A stretch of 51,617 nt of DNA from Chloroflexota bacterium (GTDB taxonomy: Bacteria; Chloroflexota; Dehalococcoidia; Lucifugimonadales; UBA3495): NCBI GenBank assembly GCA_027623675.1, contig JAQBVF010000026.1, positions 1 to 51,617 on the forward strand, in the 5' to 3' direction. Under the pieces are notes generated by a model, which was not told the origin of the DNA, did not search any database, and worked only from the letters and a program-made list of their open reading frames with translations. Shown here piece by piece: positions 31,106 through 40,875 of this stretch. The first letter of the stretch is position 1. Each line of letters opens with the position of its first letter. A program made the position numbers and the translations under genes.

Positions 31106-31153
31106 AAATGTCCAGCAAGAAGCATCCCGGCGGAAGCGCCCGGTTTGGCGCGG

Positions 31154-31609
31154 CTAGCCGGTAGCGGTCTCTTGGTGGGTCTTGCCGGTGAGTATCTCTT
31201 CCAGGGGCGTGCTCTCGTATTCAGGGGCGAAGGCATATAGCTCGATCTCGATGCCGTCGGGGTCGCGGATGTACAGGCCCTTGGTGTCGCCGTGGTTACC
31301 GAAACCCGCGATGTCTACGTGATTGTCCACGACTACTTGGTAGGCATCCTTGAGCTCGTCCATCCCGGCTAGTTCCCAGGCCATATGGTACAGGCCCACC
31401 TGCGTCGGGTCCGGGGCGGCGGCATCGAGGCCCAACTCGGCGACGGCCAACTCGTGGTCGATCTCCGGGTTGCTGGTGAAGAACCGCATCTTGCCGTCCC
31501 GGGTCCGGTTCCTAACCTCCAAGCCCAACACCTTTGTGTAGAAGTCCTCGGACCGCTGTGCGTCCCGGACTCTGATCACCAAATGTCCCAACATCCTGGG
31601 TTTGATCAT
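31154..31609 (-). CDS. VOC/glyoxalase family protein
   Basis: LGHLV.RV.D...S..FY..VLG, GLYH.AW, Y..DPDG.EIE. Confidence 0.9.
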   Translation of the reverse strand: MIKPRMLGHLVIRVRDAQRSEDFYTKVLGLEVRNRTRDGKMRFFTSNPEIDHELAVAELGLDAAAPDPTQVGLYHMAWELAGMDELKDAYQVVVDNHVDIAGFGNHGDTKGLYIRDPDGIEIELYAFAPEYESTPLEEILTGKTHQETATG

Positions 31610-31758
31610 CGGGTTGCCTCCGAATTCTGATTGGCTGAGCATAAGCCCTTATTCGATATGCTACAGCATATGGTTGGCAGATTATATGTGCCCGGCGCTT
31701 GGCCGGACACTCCAAACCGACACTCCGAGCGGACGCTCCAAACGGGAAATGCACCCGG

Positions 31759-32670
31759 TTAGAGAAGCATCTGCAGCAGCGCCATACGGATGAAAAGCCC
31801 GTTGGAGATCTGCTGGAAGTAATGCGCTCGCGGGTCGGAATCAACCTCGGGCGTGATGCTGTCCACCCTTGGGAAGGGGTGCATGATGATTGCCCGCTCC
31901 CGGATATGGCGCATCATGCCGGTGTCGATGCGAAACGCCTGCCGGGGCGGTCCACCTTGCAGGGGCACATGGCCTTGGGGCAGGTCGGTTTGGTAGACCA
32001 CGTCCGCCTTTTTCAGAGCTTCATCCAGCTCCGGGCCCGGCCCCGAGATCACCTCCCACCTCACCTCATGCCGGCCCAGGTATCCCAACAGGTCTTCACC
32101 CAGGGCCAGCTCTTTGGGTGAGACCAACCATAGTTTGATCCCGGAATACTTGGCCAGGAAGTAGCAGAGGGAGCGGCTGGCCCCGCTGTGGGCAAGGTCG
32201 CCCATCAGCACCACCGATACGCCGTCTATGCCGTCGATGGCCCGGTAGATGGTGTACAGGTCCAACAGGGCCTGGGTCGGATGCTGCTCACCGCCGCCGG
32301 CGTTTATCACCGGGATGGAAGATACATCAGCTGCGCGGTAGACCAGACCGGAATCCCTGTGGCGCAGCACGATCAGGTCGGCGTACTGATTAACCATGCT
32401 GATGGTGTCTTCGAAATGGCCTGACGAGGCGAAGTCGGAGAATGACTGGGGGTTCTCGGTGGAGATCACGCTGCCGCCCAGGCGGTGCATGGCCGACTCG
32501 AATGAAAGGCGGGTCCGGGTGCTCACGGCATAGAACAGTGAGGCCATGATCCGGCCGCGCAGTTCTTCGCTGCCGCCGCGGGCGACGACCGTCTCCATCT
32601 CCTCCGCGGCGTCAAACACCCGGGCGATCAGTTTCTTATCGAATTGTTGTGCTCGAAGTACGTGTTCCAT
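31759..32670 (-). CDS. ATCase (PyrB)-fold carbamoyltransferase with altered acceptor site
   Basis: STRTRLSF, LRH, INAG, HPTQ and HPFPR retained; aspartate-binding motifs replaced (see findings). Confidence 0.85.
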   Translation of the reverse strand: MEHVLRAQQFDKKLIARVFDAAEEMETVVARGGSEELRGRIMASLFYAVSTRTRLSFESAMHRLGGSVISTENPQSFSDFASSGHFEDTISMVNQYADLIVLRHRDSGLVYRAADVSSIPVINAGGGEQHPTQALLDLYTIYRAIDGIDGVSVVLMGDLAHSGASRSLCYFLAKYSGIKLWLVSPKELALGEDLLGYLGRHEVRWEVISGPGPELDEALKKADVVYQTDLPQGHVPLQGGPPRQAFRIDTGMMRHIRERAIIMHPFPRVDSITPEVDSDPRAHYFQQISNGLFIRMALLQMLL

Positions 32671-32733
32671 TCTATTCGCTTGGCTAGCCTACTCGACCCT
32701 TTGTCTGAAATTCCAGGTGTCACCCCACCAAGG

Positions 32734-33735
32734 TCAACCGGGGACGATGTGCGTTCCGGTGCTCCCCGCCAGCGCCGATTCCGCCCAATTCAGACCGGTG
32801 ATGACTGCCCGCTCTCCGCCGAATTCGACGAACCGGATGCAGCCCATGACCTTGGGGGCCATGCTGCCCCGGCCGAACTGGCCCGCCTGTAGGTATTCGC
32901 GAGCCTGTGAAACCGTGATCTCGCCGATGGGACGCTGCCGTGCGGTCCCAAAGTCGAGAGACACGGTCTCAACATCGGTCAGGATCAGATACAGGTCCGC
33001 ATCCACGCTTTCCGCCAACTTTTCCCCGGCCAGGTCTTTGTCGATCACGGCTTCCACCCGGCGGTAAGACCCGTCGGCTTCCAGCACCACCGGTATCCCG
33101 CCGCCGCCGCCCGCGATGACGACCGCGCCCTGGTTGACGAGCGCACGCAGCGACCGGCGCTCCAACAGCCTTAGCGGCATGGGCGACGGGACCGACCGGC
33201 GGTAGGGCCGGTCGCTGCCGGGGTGGACCTCCATGATGGTGTGACCCCGTTTCTCATATTGCTCTTTGAGCGCCGCATCCAAGAATGGGCCGATCGGTTT
33301 GGACGACCAGCTGAAGTCAGGGTCGTCTTCTCCGACCACGAAGTGGCTGACGAGCGTGACCACATCCCTTTTGATCCCTTCATTTCGAAGGACCTTGTCT
33401 AGGACCTGTTGGAGCATGGAGCCGATCTGGCCCTGGGTCATTCCCACGCAGATATCCAGAGGCTGCTTGGGAATGCCGGGTCCAGATTCTTCTTGTTGAA
33501 TCAGGAGATTGCCCACCTGGGGGCCATTGCCGTGGGTTAGCACGACCCGGTTGCCGGAACGAATCAGCGGCGCCAGCTGCCGGCAAGCCAACTCCATGTT
33601 GAGCATCTGCTGCTCAATGTCCCCCGTGTCGTCCTCGGGAAGGATGGCGTTGCCGCCCAACGCGATGACGATGGTTCTAGAGTCATTGGGCAGATCGCCG
33701 TCCGAAGACGCTAAGAAATCTGATCTGTCATTCAT
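32734..33735 (-). CDS. arcC: carbamate kinase
   Basis: ALGGNA, HGNGPQVG, TQGQIG, KPIGPF, GGGGIPV, EAVIDKD, GSMAPK. Confidence 0.95.
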   Translation of the reverse strand: MNDRSDFLASSDGDLPNDSRTIVIALGGNAILPEDDTGDIEQQMLNMELACRQLAPLIRSGNRVVLTHGNGPQVGNLLIQQEESGPGIPKQPLDICVGMTQGQIGSMLQQVLDKVLRNEGIKRDVVTLVSHFVVGEDDPDFSWSSKPIGPFLDAALKEQYEKRGHTIMEVHPGSDRPYRRSVPSPMPLRLLERRSLRALVNQGAVVIAGGGGGIPVVLEADGSYRRVEAVIDKDLAGEKLAESVDADLYLILTDVETVSLDFGTARQRPIGEITVSQAREYLQAGQFGRGSMAPKVMGCIRFVEFGGERAVITGLNWAESALAGSTGTHIVPG

Positions 33736-33823
33736 CTTGTACCGCGTCTCCGCCCTGGCACATGCCTAAAACCCACGATCCGCCGGTGTCGGACCATGCT
33801 ATCGGGCCTGAAGTATCGCCCCA

Positions 33824-34975
33824 TCAGGCTGCCAACTCCGCCAGACGCTTGATCCCTTCCAGATTCAGGACCATGTTGCCCCGGTGTTGTTCCAAGCGGT
33901 TGGCGAGGATCTGGTGGGCTTGGCTGGGATGACCCTCCATCGCCCTGCCGGTGGCCGATAGGCTTGGCCCGATGACCAACCGCTGGCGCAGCCTTGTGCC
34001 GCCGGGGAGACGTTCGAGCTCGAACCGCCACTGGGCGCTGGGTCTTTCCCGGTCGTTCACGTGCCACGCGAAAACGTGGGGCGGGTCGCAGGCGACGACC
34101 CATGAGGTCGTCTCCCATTGCCGGTCCACGTCCCGACGATCGTTCCGGCCAATGAATGAAGCGCCTTCTTCCGGACCGTCGGCATCGATCCAGTCCGCGC
34201 CTCGAAACTCATTGCTGAACCGGGCTGAGATATTGATGTCACTTGCCAAGTCCCAGACGCGCTCCGGCGGCGCCGCGATGTCGATCTCCACGGTGACCCC
34301 TGGCCCGGCGGCGATCAGATCTTCGGTTTCGCCAGGGCGTTCTTTGGTGTGCCCCCAGCGGTCGAACCAGGTGATCTCCGATGCCGGCCGGCGCGATGCG
34401 GGTTTGAAATCGGCGCCGATCGTCCATGCCACGGGGAGCAGAACCACCTGAGTTACGCCGTCAGGGACCCCCAGAACCTTGGCAAACTCCTGGGATCTCC
34501 CCAGGTGTAGAGTCGTCCAGGCTGAACCTAGGCCCCGCGCACGAAGGGCGAGACAGAAGCTCCATGCGGCCTGCACCACCGAGTCGAATAGGCCGGGGCG
34601 GCCACTGCCGTCGTGCACCCCCAACACCGTGGCCAGAACCAGCACGGGGACCCGCTCCAGATTGGCGGCCAGGTGTGCCGCGGAATCCAAGACCCGCTCC
34701 TTGGGATGACCGGTCCCTCTCAGTTCTTCGGCCGATTCCATGATCTCGTTTCCGCCGGCAGCGCGGTACAGGTCAGCCAGTTGGGACTTGATCTCGGGAT
34801 CGCGGACCACCAGCCAACGGCGGCTGGAGATATCTCCTCCCGAGGGGGCCTGCTCCGCCAGGTCGATACAGCGCAGCAAAAGTTCATCGGGCACGTCCCG
34901 TTCGAGGTCGAGCCGGCGGCGCACGGCCCGTGTTGTACTGAGAAGGGCATCGGCTTGGTCTATGTCAAAGTCCAT
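33824..34975 (-). CDS. nitroreductase - SRPBCC fusion protein
   Basis: LLSTTRAVRRRLD, QAPSG, LRARGLGSAWTTLH, followed by a IDIAAPPERVW...W SRPBCC domain. Confidence 0.85.
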   Translation of the reverse strand: MDFDIDQADALLSTTRAVRRRLDLERDVPDELLLRCIDLAEQAPSGGDISSRRWLVVRDPEIKSQLADLYRAAGGNEIMESAEELRGTGHPKERVLDSAAHLAANLERVPVLVLATVLGVHDGSGRPGLFDSVVQAAWSFCLALRARGLGSAWTTLHLGRSQEFAKVLGVPDGVTQVVLLPVAWTIGADFKPASRRPASEITWFDRWGHTKERPGETEDLIAAGPGVTVEIDIAAPPERVWDLASDINISARFSNEFRGADWIDADGPEEGASFIGRNDRRDVDRQWETTSWVVACDPPHVFAWHVNDRERPSAQWRFELERLPGGTRLRQRLVIGPSLSATGRAMEGHPSQAHQILANRLEQHRGNMVLNLEGIKRLAELAA

Positions 34976-35586
34976 GGCTCACCTCGTTCGAGCAAGAAAT
35001 GGAAGCTCTTCCCTGAATCGCAACCTGAAGCTTGAGGGCCGGTCTTCTTTGCCGGTTTTCTTTGCCGGTTTTCTTCAGCGGCAGCGATTCAACAAACGGG
35101 GCAACACTATAACAGGTCGGGAACATCGTTTCGCCGCAAACCACCTCGCCGCACCATATTCCCATCGCGCTTGCCGCTCAAGTTTCTCATTGTTGTTGGG
35201 CCAGGTTGCCGGGTCTGCCCAGGCGCTCTGGAAGCTGGAATACAGCATCAGGGAACGCAAATACTCGGTCCGGTATCAGAAGTCCGCTCCCACGGCGGCA
35301 GCCTCCGCCGGAGACTAGCGTGCCCGCTGGTCGTTCCTGCCGTCCCCTTAACCCAGACCAAGCACCGCTGGAAAGACCCGGAACGGCACTCTACCCCGGG
35401 GAGCAACCTTCTCGAACGGCCGATCGCCGCTCAGACGACCCCCAGCCGTCATCCGGCAGTCCGTTGGCCCGGACGTGGGAAGCGTGGCCAAAACCAGGGG
35501 CAAATCATCGCTGCTAAACCAGCGCTACCAAGAAATAGTATGATGGGCCGGTTACCATGATCAGATGCAGATGAAGGAGCGTTGCC

Positions 35587-36651
35587 ATGGATGTTGGATT
35601 GATGATGATCTTCTCGAGCTACGGTTGGGAGGAAGGTTCTGACGGCCAGATGTGGGAGGAGGAGCTGCGCCTGGCCGAGATTGCGGCAGATGAGGGGTTC
35701 GATTGCCTTTGGTCCGCGGAGCATCACTTCAACGATTACTCCTTCGTCCCGGACAATATCCAATTGATGACCCACCTCGCGGCCAAGTATCCGGACATCG
35801 ATGTGGGAACGGCAGCGGTGATTCTGCCCTGGCATGACCCGCTGCGAGTCGCGGAGAGCGCCGCCGTGCTCGACATGTTGAGCAATGGCCGGCTCCGGCT
35901 TGGTTTCGGGCGCGGTCTTGCCCGGCGTGAGTTCGAAACCTTCGGAATCAACATGGACGAATCCCGGGAACGCTTCGACGAGGCGGCTCCGATGATCGTC
36001 GAGGCCCTCAAGACCGGGTACATCGAGGGCAACGGCGCCCACTACAAGCAGCTCCGCACGGAGATACGCCCCCGGCCGCAGCATTCTTTCGACGGCCGCA
36101 TCTACGCCGTCGCATCCAGCGAAGAGTCTGTCGTCTCCGCCGCCAAGCTTGGCGCGCATGTCGTGATGTTCGCGGACCGGCCCTGGGAGATGCGGCTGCC
36201 GACCATCGAGCGTGCCCGCGCCCTGCACCGGGAATTTCACGATACCGAAGCGCCGGATGTGATGCTGACCGAGTTTGTCATCTGCGGCCCCGACCTGGCG
36301 CAGTGCCAGGAGGACGCCCGCCAGTATCAGGGCAAATTCGTTGAGAGCAACTTCTATCACTATGAATTTCTGGGCGACCATTTCAGGTCGGTGAAGGGCT
36401 ACGATTCCTATCAGCAGAAGGCTGAGATCGCTCGTTCCGGAGGACTCGAGGGAGCGGTCGACGGCTTCATGGAGGCGGCTAGCTGGGGCACGCCGGACAA
36501 GATCCTGCGGGGCCTGGAGGAACGCCGGAACCTGATCGGCAACTTTGAGTGGAACGTGTCCTTCCGGTTTGGCGGCACGCCCTATGATGTTGCGGAACGG
36601 GGGCTGAAGCTCTTCGCCAAAGAGGTGCTGCCGGTCCTGAAATCCTGGTAG
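35587..36651 (+). CDS. LLM class flavin-dependent oxidoreductase
   Basis: WSAEHHF, ILPWHDPLRVAE...LD.LSNGRLRLGFGRG. Confidence 0.92.
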   Translation: MDVGLMMIFSSYGWEEGSDGQMWEEELRLAEIAADEGFDCLWSAEHHFNDYSFVPDNIQLMTHLAAKYPDIDVGTAAVILPWHDPLRVAESAAVLDMLSNGRLRLGFGRGLARREFETFGINMDESRERFDEAAPMIVEALKTGYIEGNGAHYKQLRTEIRPRPQHSFDGRIYAVASSEESVVSAAKLGAHVVMFADRPWEMRLPTIERARALHREFHDTEAPDVMLTEFVICGPDLAQCQEDARQYQGKFVESNFYHYEFLGDHFRSVKGYDSYQQKAEIARSGGLEGAVDGFMEAASWGTPDKILRGLEERRNLIGNFEWNVSFRFGGTPYDVAERGLKLFAKEVLPVLKSW

Positions 36652-36676
36652 GGCGCCGCCGAATAAAGACCGGATC

Positions 36677-36718
36677 AAGACCGGCCCCGGCTGACGATCA
36701 GCCTTGGCCGGTCTTTTT
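36677..36718 (+). terminator. intrinsic terminator after the LLM gene
   Basis: AAGACCGGCC..GGCTGA-CGA-TCAGCC..GGCCGGTCTT-TTT. Confidence 0.75.
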
Positions 36719-36890
36719 CGCTTACGCCGCTATATCCTTGGCCGGCGGCTGGTTCACCGAACAACCCAAGGACTTCAGGTCTGGTCTGCGCGATCTCCGA
36801 CGCTCCCCCAACCGTATCTCGCACTTTGTTACCGCACCGGTAGGATTGCTGCAGCGCCCCTTACCTATCTTGAATAGGTACCGGTTTCAC

Positions 36891-36966
36891 GTAACAAATT
36901 AGTTACAACTAGGACATATTCAGGTAACATGGTTGGCTCATAATCTGGCCATAACTTAGTTGTTAT
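36891..36966 (+). promoter_or_regulatory. AT-rich promoter/operator region with RTAAC-N6-GTTAY palindromes
   Basis: GTAAC-AAATTA-GTTAC (36891-36906), half-site GTAAC (36924), CATAAT (36939-36944), ATAAC-TTAGTT-GTTAT (36951-36966). Confidence 0.55.
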
Positions 36967-37033
36967 TTCGGGAGCCGCCGTTTGCTGAGTTCCCGTTGCT
37001 TTCCCTTGCCGCCTGATCTGAACGGAGATTGAA

Positions 37034-38749
37034 TTGCCCATATCTTTGCCCTGGTCCAACAAACTCGCGGGCGCACAGCGTGGAGAAGACCGGCTTGATT
37101 CCGGTCTCAACGGCCTAGATCAGCGCGACCATCCCGGGTCCGCGGTCCGCATCTTGCAAGACGGCGGACAAGCCCAACCGATACTTTCACTGCGCGGAAT
37201 AACCAAGCGATTCCAAGACCTGGTCGCCAACGACAACATCGACCTGGACATCTACGGCGGTGAGGTCCACGCGGTCTTGGGCGAGAACGGCGCCGGCAAG
37301 AGCACGTTGATGAAGGTCATCTACGGTGTTCATCAGCCCGACGGCGGTGAGATCAGGTTCAACGGCGAAGACGCCCATATCCGGTCCCCTCGAGACAGCC
37401 GGGACTTGGGGATCGGCATGGTATTCCAGAATTTCGCCCTGATTCCTGCCCTGACGGTAACGGAAAATGTTGCTCTCTTCCTCCCGGACCAAGGGTTGGT
37501 TCTGAGTAGACCGGACCTGGTCCGGCGGATCCGGCAGGTATCCGATAGATATAACCTGCACGTGAGTCCTTCGGCACGGATAAGCGACCTCTCCATGGGC
37601 GAGCGCCAGAAAGTAGAGCTGATCAAGCTGATCATGGCCCATGCTCAAGTCTTGATACTGGATGAGCCTACCAGCGTTCTCGCCCCCCACGAAGTCGATG
37701 GCCTGTTCGAGGTCTTCGATGAACTCAGACGGGACGGTTATGCCATCGTCTTCATCACCCACAAGATTCGGGAAGTGCTGTCGTCCGCCGATCGCATCAC
37801 CGTTCTCCGGCGCGGAGCGGTGGTGACCAACCGGTCCAGCCAGGGCATCACGGGTGACGACTTAGTTTCCCTGATGATGGGGATAGATATCGTGGAAGTG
37901 CCCCCTAGAGCCCACATTCAGAGTCATATCGCATACGATTCGAAGAAACTGGCTTATCAGAGGGACGCCAGGCACTTCGGCAGTGTGGCGGCCATCGAGT
38001 TCAAAGACGTTTCGACCAGCGAGGCCGATGACCCTCGAGGCCTGCACGGCGTGAGTTTCAGCGTCATGCCGGGGCAGATGCTGGGAGTCGCGGGCATCTC
38101 GGGCAACGGCCAGCAAGAGTTGGGCGAAACTCTGATGGGGATGGTCAAGAACACCGGCGGGACCATCTCCATAGGCGGAGACGACGTGAAGGGTTGGCCG
38201 GTTTCCAAGATCCTTGAAGCCGGCGTCAGTTACGTAACCGAGGACCCCATCACCATGGCGATGGTGCCGGAGATGCGGGTGGACGAGAACCTGGTGCTGG
38301 GGGAACTCGCCAGTTACAGCAACGGCAGGGTCTGGCTCGATATCGGCGCGATCCGCGAGAAGATCGCCGCCGCGCTGAGCGGATTCCCTCTGCAGTTGGC
38401 CGCGCATGACATGCAGGTAGCCAAATTGTCCGGCGGGAATGTGCAAAAGGTGAGCCTGGCCCGGGAGATGGAACTGACTCGCCAGGCGGCCAGCGACCCC
38501 AAGGTCTTGATGGCCTATTACCCCACTCGAGGATTGGACGTGGTAACCGCCGAAACCACCCGCCGCCTGATGATGGATTACCGGGACCGGGGCGGGGCCA
38601 TCGTTCTGGTGTCGGAAGACCTGGACGAGTTGCTGGCGCTCAGTGACCACATGGTGGTGATGTTCCAAGGCAACATAGTTGGCGCATTCCCCACCGAAGC
38701 TGCCTCGGTCCAAGAGATCGGGATGCTGATGACAGGGCAGAACGCATAG
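37034..38749 (+). CDS. ABC transporter ATP-binding protein, tandem NBD (CUT2/nucleoside type)
   Basis: GENGAGKST, LILDEPT, degenerate second Walker A GISGNGQ, LSGGN.QK, PTRGLD; start uncertain. Confidence 0.92.
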   Translation: MPISLPWSNKLAGAQRGEDRLDSGLNGLDQRDHPGSAVRILQDGGQAQPILSLRGITKRFQDLVANDNIDLDIYGGEVHAVLGENGAGKSTLMKVIYGVHQPDGGEIRFNGEDAHIRSPRDSRDLGIGMVFQNFALIPALTVTENVALFLPDQGLVLSRPDLVRRIRQVSDRYNLHVSPSARISDLSMGERQKVELIKLIMAHAQVLILDEPTSVLAPHEVDGLFEVFDELRRDGYAIVFITHKIREVLSSADRITVLRRGAVVTNRSSQGITGDDLVSLMMGIDIVEVPPRAHIQSHIAYDSKKLAYQRDARHFGSVAAIEFKDVSTSEADDPRGLHGVSFSVMPGQMLGVAGISGNGQQELGETLMGMVKNTGGTISIGGDDVKGWPVSKILEAGVSYVTEDPITMAMVPEMRVDENLVLGELASYSNGRVWLDIGAIREKIAAALSGFPLQLAAHDMQVAKLSGGNVQKVSLAREMELTRQAASDPKVLMAYYPTRGLDVVTAETTRRLMMDYRDRGGAIVLVSEDLDELLALSDHMVVMFQGNIVGAFPTEAASVQEIGMLMTGQNA

Positions 38750-38752
38750 CCC

Positions 38753-39811
38753 ATGCAGTACCCAATCTCGATGCAACAGGCCCAGGGGTTCGCGATCAAC
38801 TTGACCGGCCGTCCGATCGTTAGGTCTCTTTTTGCCATAGTCTTCGCGTTTGTGGTCTTCGCCATATTCATCGTGATCATCGGACGCGACCCGGTGGAAA
38901 TCTATACCAAGATGTTCAGCGGCACTCTGGGAAGCAAAGTGGGCCTGAGTGAAGTCGGCGTAAGGATGATTCCTTTCGTTCTAACTGCCTTGGCCGCTTC
39001 GATACCGGCCCGGGTCGGCCTCATCAACGTTGGAGGCGAGGGCCAGTTGTATATCGGGGCTTGGGCCGCGACCGGAGTGGCGCTGTACATCGACTTCGGG
39101 ACGATCTGGCTGATGCTGCCCGCCATGGCTGTCGGCGGATTCTTGGGCGGCGCGATATGGGGTGGCATCGCTATCTTTCTGCGGCATTGGCGTAACGTGA
39201 ACGAAGTCATCTCAACCCTGCTTTCCAACTATGTGGCGATCCTTTTCGTCAACGTGTTCGTCTTTGGCGCCTGGAAGAACCCCACCGGGTTCGGGTATCC
39301 CTACACCTCGAACTTCGGAGTTGAAGCGATCCTGCCAGCCATCGCCAGCACCCGGCTGCACCTGGGATTGGTCCTGCCCGTGATCGGAATCATTGCCACC
39401 TATCTGTTCCTTAGCCGTACCCGGTGGGGCGCCAACATGCGCGCCGTGGGCGGCAACCCGGACGCGGCCCGCAGACGGGGCATACCCGTGCTGCGTTATA
39501 TCATCTTCGCCATGTTGGTCGGCGGGGGGCTAGCCGGCCTTGCCGGCATGAGCGAGGTGTCGGGGATCCAACATCACCTTCGCCCCGGAATATCCAACAA
39601 CCTCGGCTACATGGGATTCCTGGCCAGTTGGATGGCTAACCATAATCCCATCGCCATCGTCGGGACCAGCTTCCTCGTGGCGGCCATCGTCGTAGGGGGA
39701 GACGTTCTCCAATTCAGCGGCAACCTGCCTTCCGCGGCCATGTTGATCCTGATCGGACTTGTGCTTTTCTCCGTTCTAGGGTTCCGGCGGTTGGAGAGTA
39801 AAGCGCAATGA
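38753..39811 (+). CDS. ABC transporter permease
   Basis: GLINVGGEGQ, NEVISTLL.NY, RAVG.N..AA. Confidence 0.92.
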   Translation: MQYPISMQQAQGFAINLTGRPIVRSLFAIVFAFVVFAIFIVIIGRDPVEIYTKMFSGTLGSKVGLSEVGVRMIPFVLTALAASIPARVGLINVGGEGQLYIGAWAATGVALYIDFGTIWLMLPAMAVGGFLGGAIWGGIAIFLRHWRNVNEVISTLLSNYVAILFVNVFVFGAWKNPTGFGYPYTSNFGVEAILPAIASTRLHLGLVLPVIGIIATYLFLSRTRWGANMRAVGGNPDAARRRGIPVLRYIIFAMLVGGGLAGLAGMSEVSGIQHHLRPGISNNLGYMGFLASWMANHNPIAIVGTSFLVAAIVVGGDVLQFSGNLPSAAMLILIGLVLFSVLGFRRLESKAQ

Positions 39812-40731
39812 CCGATGTATGGCTGGTCCTTGGCGGAACATTGACCGGAGCGGTGGGCCCTGGCATCTCGGTGTTGTACGCCACCTACGGAGAGTTGATC
39901 ACCGAAAGGGCCGGCAGGATCAACCTGGGAACGGAAGGTTCCATGCTGATGGGGGCCTGCTTCGGCTTCATCGCCACCGTTGAAACGGGCTCGGCTACCG
40001 TCGGTGTTCTGGCGGGCATGGTCGCCGGCAGCGGGTTGAGCCTGGTCTTGGCCTACCTCGTTATATTCCGGGACACCAACCAACTGGCCACGGGGTTCGC
40101 GTTAACGCTTTTCGGCGCCGGGATCACAGCGTACGCCGGGCGGGGCTATGTGGACAGCACGATCGGCGGATTGAACCCGGTAGCCATTCCGCTGCTATCC
40201 GAGATACCCGAACTCGGCCAAGCCCTCTTCCAACAGGACATCTTGGCCTACATAGCCTATCTGCTGGGCCCGTTGCTATTCATCGGCTTGCATTACACCC
40301 GCACCGGCCTGAGCCTTAAAGCGGTGGGTGAAAGCATCGACGTCGCCTTCGCCGCCGGAAGAAATCCCCGCCTGATCCAGATCGCGGCCATCGCGGCCGG
40401 CGGAGCACTGGCCGGGCTGGGCGGCGCCCAGCTTTCTTTGGGGCTGACCCATACCTGGTCTGAAGGAATGACCGTGGGCCGCGGCTTTGTCGCCGTTGGG
40501 TTGGTGATCTTTGCGATGTGGTCTCCCCTGAGGGCGATGGTCGGCGCGTTCTTGTTTGGCGGGGCCATTGGCCTTCAATTACAACTTCAAACCGTCGGCG
40601 CGCCGGTGTCGCCGTTCATTTTGGATATGCTCCCGTACCTGATAATTCTGCTGGTCATGGCCCTTTGGAGCCGGGCGTCGGCCCGGGCGATGCCAGAAGG
40701 ACTGAAAGGAGTTCTGAAGGCCACAACGTGA
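39808..40731 (+). CDS. ABC transporter permease
   Basis: GE.ITERAG.INLG.EG.ML, GRGFVAV, MLPY. Confidence 0.92.
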   Translation: MTDVWLVLGGTLTGAVGPGISVLYATYGELITERAGRINLGTEGSMLMGACFGFIATVETGSATVGVLAGMVAGSGLSLVLAYLVIFRDTNQLATGFALTLFGAGITAYAGRGYVDSTIGGLNPVAIPLLSEIPELGQALFQQDILAYIAYLLGPLLFIGLHYTRTGLSLKAVGESIDVAFAAGRNPRLIQIAAIAAGGALAGLGGAQLSLGLTHTWSEGMTVGRGFVAVGLVIFAMWSPLRAMVGAFLFGGAIGLQLQLQTVGAPVSPFILDMLPYLIILLVMALWSRASARAMPEGLKGVLKATT

Positions 40732-40875
40732 CCAGATCTAGATTGATGACCATATGGAGAGCAAAGTGACAGGCGGGCCATCTGTGTGGCCGTTCCAGGA
40801 ATAGATCCGGCTTGATCAAGCGCCTCATACGCTCTAAGCCGCCAAAAAGCACCAAAATTCTTAGGAGGAAACGGT

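Noticed and set aside
31759..32670. Annotating as biosynthetic pyrB
   Set aside because: Aspartate-binding residues are missing and there is no pyr context; the neighbour is carbamate kinase.
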